This document shows, one piece after another, positions 17,130 to 23,414 of a stretch of DNA of 24,000 bases. The notes beneath the pieces are model-generated. The model was not told the DNA's origin. It was given only the letters and a program-made list of their open reading frames with translations, and searched no databases. The stretch's first letter is position 1; each line of letters starts with the position of its first letter. The translations under genes and the position numbers were made by a program. Origin of the DNA: Halomarina litorea (GTDB lineage Archaea; Halobacteriota; Halobacteria; Halobacteriales; Haloarculaceae); the NCBI RefSeq assembly GCF_024227715.1, contig NZ_CP100448.1, forward strand, positions 1,609,655-1,633,654. Direction: 5' to 3'.

Positions 17130-17152
17130 AGTTACTCACTCAGCGAGTAACT
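17130..17152. promoter_or_regulatory. Perfect 8-bp inverted repeat AGTTACTC-N7-GAGTAACT (contains TACT-N8-GAGTA): candidate TrmB operator
   Basis: Read directly from the sequence. The arms are 17130-17137 and 17145-17152, and the repeat abuts the ATG at 17153. It is about 115 nt upstream of the divergent TrmB-family gene start. It matches the TACT-N7-8-GAGTA motif reported for Halobacterium salinarum TrmB, cited from memory. Confidence 0.45.
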
Positions 17153-17275
17153 ATGAGCCGAACCTCGACGAAGGACGACGACCGCGCGCATCTCGACGAC
17201 CTCGAAGACGGCTGTGGCTGTGCGGAGGTGTGGGAGCACCTCAGCGAACGCCGCGCGGCCGAGGCCGACGACTGA
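17153..17275 (+). CDS. Micro-ORF, 40 aa, acidic CxC protein (unannotated; below the ORF-track cutoff)
   Basis: My translation is MSRTSTKDDDRAHLDDLEDGCGCAEVWEHLSERRAAEADD. About 35 of 40 codons end in G/C, like the real genes here, and it is acidic. It sits directly after a TATA box plus palindrome. Confidence 0.45.
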   Translation: MSRTSTKDDDRAHLDDLEDGCGCAEVWEHLSERRAAEADD

Positions 17276-17338
17276 GCGCGGTCGGTCCCCGGTCGGCTCT
17301 CCCCTGTGTCCCTGTCACAGAGTTCCTGGCGCGAGGCC

Positions 17339-17352
17339 AGCAAGCTTTTGCT
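17339..17352 (+). promoter_or_regulatory. AT-containing near-palindrome AGCAAGCTTTTGCT, a candidate TATA/operator for the aglJ-like gene
   Basis: The CTTTTG core is centred about 28 nt upstream of the ATG at 17375. The flanking arms AGCAA/TTGCT are complementary. Confidence 0.3.
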
Positions 17353-17374
17353 CGCGTAGCATGGACTTCCCACG

Positions 17375-18364
17375 ATGACCGACTCCGAGGTGTGCGTCCT
17401 CGTCCCCACGCTCGACGAAGCCGAGACCATCGGCGAGGTGCTCGACGGCTTTCGCGAGCGAGGGTTCGACGACCTCCTCGTCGTCGACGGCGGTTCGACC
17501 GACGGCACCCGCGACGTCGCCGAGGACCACGGCGCGCGGGTCGTCGTCCAGTCGGGCCGGGGGAAGGGACAGGCCATCCGCGAGGCGCTCACCTACATCG
17601 ACGCCCCGTACGTGCTGATGCTCGACGGGGACGCGACCTACGACCCCGCGGACGCCCAGCGGATGCTCGAACCCCTCTACGAGGGACGGGCGGAACACGT
17701 CATCGGCGACCGCTTCGCCGACATGCACGAGGACGCGATGCCGCGGCTCAACATGTTCGGAAACCGCCTCATCAACGGCGCGTTCTCGACCATCCACGGG
17801 CGCGACCTCGGGGACATCCTCAGCGGCTACCGCGCGTTCACCCGGGAGTCCGTCGAGCGCTTCGAACTCGAATCGGACGGCTTCACCATCGAGACGGAGA
17901 TGGCCGTCGAGTGCGTCAAACACCGGGTCCCGACCGCGGTCGTCCCCGTGAGCTACCACCCGCGGCCCGACGAGTCCGACACGAACCTCCACCCCGTCAA
18001 GGACGGCGGACGCATCATCGTCTCGCTGTACAGCCTCGCGAAGACGAACAACCCCCTGTTCTACTTCGGGAGCGTCGGCCTCGCCAGCGCACTCGTCGGC
18101 GGACTGGTCGCCGCGTGGGTCGGCTACGAGTACCTCTTCCGTGGTATCTCCCACGAGGCGTTCGCGGTGGTCGCCGCCGCGGGCATCCTCCTCGGCGCGC
18201 AACTGCTGATGTTCGCGGTGCTCTCGGACATGATCGTCGCCGTGAACCGCGAACAGACCCGCAGACTGGAGGAGATGAGCGACCGACTCGCGCGGACACA
18301 GGGCGGCCGCGGGACGGCCCGCGCGTCCCACTCCGACCCCGAACCGCTCCACGCCGAGGACTGA
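17375..18364 (+). CDS. aglJ: Dolichyl-phosphate hexosyltransferase-type GT2 (AglJ / DPM1-like)
   Basis: 329 aa. It has a GT2 catalytic domain (CVLVPTLDEAETIGEVLDGFRERGFDDLLVVDGGSTDGT, DxD as MLDGDATYD). C-terminal TM helices follow (FYFGSVGLASALVGGLVAAWVGY, AVVAAAGILLGAQLLMFAVL). The symbol is assigned by family resemblance and locus context only. Confidence 0.8.
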   Translation: MTDSEVCVLVPTLDEAETIGEVLDGFRERGFDDLLVVDGGSTDGTRDVAEDHGARVVVQSGRGKGQAIREALTYIDAPYVLMLDGDATYDPADAQRMLEPLYEGRAEHVIGDRFADMHEDAMPRLNMFGNRLINGAFSTIHGRDLGDILSGYRAFTRESVERFELESDGFTIETEMAVECVKHRVPTAVVPVSYHPRPDESDTNLHPVKDGGRIIVSLYSLAKTNNPLFYFGSVGLASALVGGLVAAWVGYEYLFRGISHEAFAVVAAAGILLGAQLLMFAVLSDMIVAVNREQTRRLEEMSDRLARTQGGRGTARASHSDPEPLHAED

Positions 18365-18381
18365 GGTCCCCTCTCGACTGC

Positions 18382-18711
18382 CTACAGCCCGACCAGCGAG
18401 CGGAGGCGGTCGAGGAACCCGCCGCCGCCCTGCGCGCGCGCCTCCTCGAACACCGGGTGGAGGGCGTTGAGGAACTCCTGTTCGTTCTCGAAGTGCTCGA
18501 CGGCGGTGCGCTCCAGCGCCTCGGCGACCGTGATGGTCGCCCCGGAGGCGTTGTAGGGGACCGCCTCGTCACCCATCGCTGAACGGACCGTCGCCGCGTC
18601 CGCCGGGAACGCGACGTCGCTCTCGTCGAGGCGGGCGTCGAGTGCGGCGATACCGAACGCGATGGTGTCCGGGCCGTCGTCCATGTCGTCTGTCGGTGGG
18701 CGGACGCTCAT
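18382..18711 (-). CDS. Hypothetical acidic protein (possibly DUF5789/DUF2795-like)
   Basis: 109 aa, high GC3, acidic. There is an alternative ATG at 18684. The family hint is weak and from memory. Confidence 0.6.
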   Translation of the reverse strand: MSVRPPTDDMDDGPDTIAFGIAALDARLDESDVAFPADAATVRSAMGDEAVPYNASGATITVAEALERTAVEHFENEQEFLNALHPVFEEARAQGGGGFLDRLRSLVGL

Positions 18712-18799
18712 ATCCGGTGAGTAGGGCCGTCCCGGTGTAAAACCCCCGTCTCGTGACGCTTCACAACCCCTATGCCGTCGCGCGGCGTCGACTCACCCG

Positions 18800-19009
18800 A
18801 TGACGGAGTACACCACCGTCTCTATCCCGAAGGACCTCGCCGAACGCGTCGAGGGCACCATCGAGGGGACGAGCTTCTCGAGTACCAGCGACCTCGTCCG
18901 GTTCCTCCTCCGGAGCATCGTCATCCAGCACCAGCGCTCTGGGGGCCTCTCGGAGGCGGAGTTCGAGGAGATAGCGACGCAACTCCGCGACCTCGGCTAT
19001 CTGGAGTGA
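18800..19009 (+). CDS. Ribbon-helix-helix (CopG-like) DNA-binding protein
   Basis: 69 aa. It has an N-terminal beta-strand followed by helices (TTVSIPKDLAERVEGTIEGTSFSSTSDLVRFLLRSIV), which is typical of RHH proteins. Confidence 0.8.
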   Translation: MTEYTTVSIPKDLAERVEGTIEGTSFSSTSDLVRFLLRSIVIQHQRSGGLSEAEFEEIATQLRDLGYLE

Positions 19010-19012
19010 GGC

Positions 19013-19435
19013 TCAGGTGACCGACTCGACGGGCGGTTCCGCGTCGAGGACGGTCAGGTCGAGGCGCGTCCCGTACCGGTCGTACGCGACGACTTCCTCC
19101 CAGGGCGGAACGGCAACGAACACCACCTCGTGGAAGTCGTCGGTCTGTTTCAGCGTCCGCGCCCCGTCCGGGTGCGAGACGAACCGGCCCTGCGTCCGGG
19201 GGCTGGCGAGGTCCATGCCGAACACCGCCCGTACCGACCCGCCCGTGTCCGGCAGGTAGAAGTGCGTGAACACCGGCGTGTCGGACGGCACGCCGTCGAG
19301 TGGGCCGTCCTCCGACGCCGACGCGACTAGCGTCCCCGCCGGAGTGACCGAGAGGCCGATGGTGACCGACCGGGGCTCTCTGTCGCTGGCGAATCCGAGA
19401 AGCGCCTCGGCCAGTCCCGCAGTGATGTACACCAC
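19013..19435 (-). CDS. JAB/MPN-like domain protein with a degenerate JAMM motif
   Basis: 140 aa. Its layout resembles small archaeal JAMM proteins: YITAGLAEALLGFA...EPRSVTIGL, then LPDTGGSVRAVFGMDL, then GRFVSHPDGARTLKQTDDF. Canonical enzymes have H-S-H-P...S-x-x-D in this last position. Here the first His is Val. It uses a GTG start. Confidence 0.6.
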   Translation of the reverse strand: MVYITAGLAEALLGFASDREPRSVTIGLSVTPAGTLVASASEDGPLDGVPSDTPVFTHFYLPDTGGSVRAVFGMDLASPRTQGRFVSHPDGARTLKQTDDFHEVVFVAVPPWEEVVAYDRYGTRLDLTVLDAEPPVESVT

Positions 19436-19513
19436 GTCGTACCGTCGCCGGGAACGGACAAGAAGCCGCCGCCTATCCTCACTGGAAAGTTTACTATGCC
19501 GTCATTAATGTGC

Positions 19514-19526
19514 AAATATTTATTAT
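19514..19526 (+). promoter_or_regulatory. Strong AT-rich TATA region (AAATATTTATTAT) for the 44-aa micro-ORF
   Basis: The most AT-rich stretch in the window. It ends about 26 nt upstream of the ATG at 19552, which suggests a leaderless transcript. It lies in a 116-nt divergent intergenic region shared with the JAB-like gene. Confidence 0.45.
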
Positions 19527-19551
19527 CGCCGGCTCTGACTGACATGACGTA

Positions 19552-19686
19552 ATGTCCGACAGCCCACTCACACAGTACCTCGCGGAGCACCCCAAGATGA
19601 CCGGCGTCCTGTTCACCATGCTGCTACTCCTCTCGCAGGCGGGGTCGGTCGCCGCCGGCGTCGGCACGGCCAACCCCGGCCCGTAA
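19552..19686 (+). CDS. Micro-ORF, 44 aa, single-TM hydrophobic peptide (unannotated; below the ORF-track cutoff)
   Basis: My translation is MSDSPLTQYLAEHPKMTGVLFTMLLLLSQAGSVAAGVGTANPGP. It has high GC3 and a strong upstream TATA. Its stop (19684-19686) is 7 nt from the stop of the convergent 700-aa gene. Confidence 0.5.
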   Translation: MSDSPLTQYLAEHPKMTGVLFTMLLLLSQAGSVAAGVGTANPGP

Positions 19687-19693
19687 TCTCCCC

Positions 19694-21796
19694 TCAAAGG
19701 TCGTCCAGCGACAGTTCCTCACTCCAGTGGAGGTCACCGTCGACGTACACCGGCGTCGGCCCGAGGCGTAACAACGCCGAGAGGTCCTCCTTCTCGACTG
19801 CGAACTCCCGGCTGACGTTCCCCGCGAGGAAGTTCCGGCCCACCCCGCGGAGCGCTGGCGTCGCGGTGGTGCCAAGCCCACAGAGGCGCGTCGGGTACGC
19901 TCTGAAGCGGACGGTGTAGCGCTCGCCGTCCGGTTCGACGTAGAGGATGAACGGGGTGATGGTCTCGGCCTGCGCCACCTCCACGTTCCCGTCGCCCACC
20001 ACGAGGTACTGCCCGCCGACGACGCTCTCCTTGCTCGCGATGTTGAGCGCCGCCTGCACCGGGAACCCGCCGTTGAGCAGGCGGGCCATCGTCATCCCCA
20101 CCGTCGTCGCCCCGGCGTTGATGACCTCGTCGAAGGTGCTGACGCCGCCGATGGCGCCCCCCTCGACGAGCGCCATCCCCTGCTCGTAGGAGCGACAGGC
20201 GTTCAGGAAGAACACGTCCACCCCCACCCGGTCGAGCGTCCGGGCGTCGAGATGACCGTCGGGACAGCGCAGTCCCTCGTCGTCGATGTGGCCGATGTAG
20301 TGCAGGAAGTCGACGTCGGACTCGAGGACGAGTCTGAGGCGGTCCGTCGAGAGGTTCCGGTAGAACGTCACGTCGAACGGGAGTTCGTCGCGCGACCCGT
20401 AGACGTCGCGTGCCGTCTCCTGCTCGGTCAGCATCTCGGGGTCGTTACAGACGACGGCGATTCCGAAGTCCGCCATCGTCGGCTCCTGGTCCAGCCGGTT
20501 GCGGTAGGCCTTCACCGTCACCTTGCTCGCCCCGACGGGGGCGTCCGCCCCGGCCCACGCCTGTTCGAGCGAGTCGACCGGCTCGGGTCGCACCAGCCGC
20601 GGCGGACACCCCGCCGTCCCGCACGACTGGTCCGGGTGCGACCCGCGCGTGTCGCGCATGAACGTCTCGATGGCCGCCGACTGCGCCTGCGCGGGCGTCA
20701 GCTCCTCGCCACGCGGCGTGCGAATCACCGCGAGGTCGTCGACGAGGAAGGGGAGCGTCTCGACGCGATCCGGCGTCGGTTCGACGTGTCCCGTCAGCTT
20801 CCACGTCGGCATGTGGGGTTCGAGCGCCTCGAACGGAGCCGTGAGGTACGTCGCGAGCTGTTCGGTCAGCGACTGGTCGTACGTCTCCGCGAGGTCGAAC
20901 GGGAGGACCCCCGCGTCCTCGACGGCCCGTCGCTCGTAGAGGTCGACCGGGTAGTACCCCTCCGTGCGGACCAGACAGTCGAGGAAGAACACCTGTTTCA
21001 GCGTCCGTTCGACCACCGTCTCGAACCCCTCCGGGCCGTCGAGCGGGTGGACGAACCCCCGGTCCGTGACCACGCGGGGGCTGTCGCCAGGGACGACGTC
21101 CGCCCCGAGGTAGTACGCGAGCGGGGCGACGACGAACGCGGACTCGACCGAGGGCGGCACCTCGATGGTCACGCCGTTCTCGGGGCGTTCGAGCCCCGCC
21201 GGGACGTGGAACGCCTCGCCGAGTTCGATGGCGGGCGGGTGCCCGCGCAGGGTGGGGTACGAGCGCTCCGGGCTGACCGTCTTCAGCGCCGACCCGAGGT
21301 ACGAGACGGCCCGGAGCAGGTCCTCGGGGTCCTCGGTCGTCGTGATGGTCGCGGCGGGCCGGTCGTGGTACGAGCGCGCCCCCGCGAACACCGTGGGGTC
21401 GCCCTCGAGGTCCACGGAGACCGTAGTCGCGTCGGAGGTCACCCGGAGTGGTCCCTCGACGCGGAGGTAGAGCTTGATGGGCGCGCTGAACTCGACGGTG
21501 TAGACGCCCTCCGGGAAGCGCTGTTCCTCGAAGTGGCCGATCTCCCTGACGAGGGTGCCGTCGGCGTCGCGGACGTAGGTGTCGACGAGTTGCGGGAAGA
21601 CGAGGCCGTCGGTCTCCACGACTACGGCGGTGTCGACGGGGACGACGAACGGACTGCCGTCGACGACGCGCGCCGTCACTTCCGATTCGGTGTGGAGGTC
21701 ACAGCGCCGTCGCTCGATGCGGTCGGTGACGCGGAGTCCCCCACCACCGGGGAGGGTGTCGATTTCGACGAAGGTCACGTGCGTCGACCCTCCCAC
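19694..21796 (-). CDS. Large orphan protein: about 440-aa N-terminal region of unknown fold plus a C-terminal CHAT/caspase-like Cys-protease domain
   Basis: 700 aa, acidic, high GC3. Residues about 443-602 follow the CHAT pattern: IAVVCN strand, DFLHYIGH(503)IDDEG, VFFLNAC(534)RSYEQG, LVEGGAIGGVSTFDEVIN...ARLLNGGFPVQAALNIA. The H503 codon is at 20288-20290 and the C534 codon is at 20195-20197. It uses a GTG start at 21796 (alternative GTG at 21777), and there is no nearby ATG. Confidence 0.8.
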   Translation of the reverse strand: MGGSTHVTFVEIDTLPGGGGLRVTDRIERRRCDLHTESEVTARVVDGSPFVVPVDTAVVVETDGLVFPQLVDTYVRDADGTLVREIGHFEEQRFPEGVYTVEFSAPIKLYLRVEGPLRVTSDATTVSVDLEGDPTVFAGARSYHDRPAATITTTEDPEDLLRAVSYLGSALKTVSPERSYPTLRGHPPAIELGEAFHVPAGLERPENGVTIEVPPSVESAFVVAPLAYYLGADVVPGDSPRVVTDRGFVHPLDGPEGFETVVERTLKQVFFLDCLVRTEGYYPVDLYERRAVEDAGVLPFDLAETYDQSLTEQLATYLTAPFEALEPHMPTWKLTGHVEPTPDRVETLPFLVDDLAVIRTPRGEELTPAQAQSAAIETFMRDTRGSHPDQSCGTAGCPPRLVRPEPVDSLEQAWAGADAPVGASKVTVKAYRNRLDQEPTMADFGIAVVCNDPEMLTEQETARDVYGSRDELPFDVTFYRNLSTDRLRLVLESDVDFLHYIGHIDDEGLRCPDGHLDARTLDRVGVDVFFLNACRSYEQGMALVEGGAIGGVSTFDEVINAGATTVGMTMARLLNGGFPVQAALNIASKESVVGGQYLVVGDGNVEVAQAETITPFILYVEPDGERYTVRFRAYPTRLCGLGTTATPALRGVGRNFLAGNVSREFAVEKEDLSALLRLGPTPVYVDGDLHWSEELSLDDL

Positions 21797-21832
21797 CCGT
21801 CGCGCCTACACATTGTCACGAGTACTATTCCG

Positions 21833-21848
21833 ATTTTTTAGATAAAAA
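21833..21848 (-). promoter_or_regulatory. AT-rich TATA region (minus-strand TTTTTATCTAAAAAAT) for the 700-aa gene
   Basis: A prominent AT tract in the 92-nt gap, about 40-45 nt upstream of the GTG at 21796. This implies a short 5' leader. Confidence 0.4.
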
Positions 21849-21888
21849 CGCTTCGGCCATTCGACACTGTCCGTTCTCACGGGTCGGC

Positions 21889-22563
21889 TCAGCGCAGGAA
21901 CTCGCGCATCGCCTCCACGTACAGCCCCGGCGCGCGCCGCCGCGAGTTGCGGACCGTGTCCCGAATCGCGGCCGCCGCGTCGGTCATGACGCCCTCGCCG
22001 TGGCCCATCACGACCCGCTCGACGTCGTAGCCGGCGAGTTCCCGCGGCGGCAGGAGGCGGAGCATCGGGTGGACGCCCACGCGTTCGCCCGCCGTCAGGA
22101 AGTACGACGCGGTGCCGAGTGCCTCGGGGACCACGAGGGTCCCGTCCTCGGGGTGGTGGAGGTACGCCTCGCGCCAGACCGGCGAGTCCCTGAGCTTCCG
22201 GACCCGGTAGCCGGTGTCGTCGACCTCGTCTCCGAGGTCACGCACGGGCACGTCGTAGTTCGAGTCGATGCTGTCCATCCACGCCGGGCGGTGGACGGAG
22301 ACGCCGTGACGGGCGGCGATATCGTTCGCGTCGCGGTTGTGCCGGTCGAGGAGGACGACGATGCCCGCGACCTCCCCCGCCTCGGCGAGCAGGTCGTCGA
22401 GACCCTCGGCGTCGACCGGGTCGACCAGCCAGACGTCGCCGTCGCTCACGAACGCGTGGCTCGCTCGTTCCATCCCCTCGTCGGGGTACGCGAGCCACCC
22501 GAACCCGCCGTCCCAGCGGTCGATTTCACGCAGCGAGGTCGCACCGGACCCTTTCAGCGACAT
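21889..22563 (-). CDS. MBL-fold-like protein with a degenerate metal-binding motif
   Basis: 224 aa from the ATG at 22563 (MSLKGSGATSLREID). It has the MBL-like layout (ASHAFVSDGDVWLVDPVD...AGIVVLLDRHNRDANDIA), but HxHxDH is replaced by D-R-H-N-R-D. The upstream extension to 22719 is Ser/Arg/Pro-rich and unlikely to be coding. Confidence 0.75.
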   Translation of the reverse strand: MSLKGSGATSLREIDRWDGGFGWLAYPDEGMERASHAFVSDGDVWLVDPVDAEGLDDLLAEAGEVAGIVVLLDRHNRDANDIAARHGVSVHRPAWMDSIDSNYDVPVRDLGDEVDDTGYRVRKLRDSPVWREAYLHHPEDGTLVVPEALGTASYFLTAGERVGVHPMLRLLPPRELAGYDVERVVMGHGEGVMTDAAAAIRDTVRNSRRRAPGLYVEAMREFLR

Positions 22564-22654
22564 AACAGTGGGTAGGGGCGGGCGCCGGATAAACCGTCGC
22601 GAGGGGGCAAGCGAGCGGGACCCCGGGGATGGGACGCGGGCCGGGGTGGCAGTT

Positions 22655-23362
22655 ATGTCCCCGCCCGTGCGAGATAGCGACATGCTCACGTCGCTCGCGT
22701 GGCTCGCCCTCGAAGTCAAGTACCTCGACCCCGCTCGCGAGTTCTACGAGACCCACCTCGATCTGCCCGTCGCCCGGGAGCGCGAGGGCGAGGTGGCGTT
22801 CGCCGCGGGCGACACCGACCTCGTGTTGCGCGCGCCGGGACCCGTCCCGCGGGGCGGCCTCCACGTCCACTACGCCATGTCGACGCCCGCGGACCGCTAC
22901 GACGACTGGTGGAAGCGACTGGAGGGCGACTTCGACCTCGACGAGCACACGTTCGGGAGCGCGCGCTCGCTGTACTTCTACGACTGCGAGGGCAACTGCG
23001 TCGAAATCGGCCAGTCAGACGACGGGGGTGCCGACATCACCGGCGTCTTCGAGGTGGTCCTCGAGGTCGAGGATCTCGCGCGCGCCGAACGGTTCTACAG
23101 CGCCCTCGGGATGGACGTCGTGGACCGCGGCGAGGGCCGGAAGCGCGTCAGGCTGACCGCCGGTCCCTTCGACTTCGAACTGTGGGAGCCACACCTCGGC
23201 CTCGCGGACGCCCGCGGCGGTGTCCACGTCGACCTCGGCATCGAGACGGAGGACCCGACGGGAGCGGCCGACGCGGTTCGCGGGCAGGCGCTCGCCGCGA
23301 CGCCCGTCGAGGAGGGGATGCGCGTCCGCGACCCCGACGGGCACTACCTCACCTTCCTGTGA
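22655..23362 (+). CDS. VOC-family (glyoxalase / bleomycin-resistance / dioxygenase) two-module protein
   Basis: 235 aa from the ATG at 22655 (alternative ATG at 22682, MLTSLAWLALEV). It has two beta-alpha-beta-beta-beta modules with the typical ends (LYFYDCEGNCVEI; VRDPDGHYLTFL). Confidence 0.85.
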   Translation: MSPPVRDSDMLTSLAWLALEVKYLDPAREFYETHLDLPVAREREGEVAFAAGDTDLVLRAPGPVPRGGLHVHYAMSTPADRYDDWWKRLEGDFDLDEHTFGSARSLYFYDCEGNCVEIGQSDDGGADITGVFEVVLEVEDLARAERFYSALGMDVVDRGEGRKRVRLTAGPFDFELWEPHLGLADARGGVHVDLGIETEDPTGAADAVRGQALAATPVEEGMRVRDPDGHYLTFL

Positions 23363-23414
23363 GCCTGCCCCCCGCGTCCTGTAGACTCTTTGCGGCCGGT
23401 TCCCTACGCTCGCC

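Noticed and set aside
21819-21826. A GAGTACT element (overlapping GAGTA/TACT half-sites) upstream of the 700-aa gene, considered as a second TrmB site.
   Set aside because: There is no partner half-site at the N7-8 spacing on either side. It is only a half motif.
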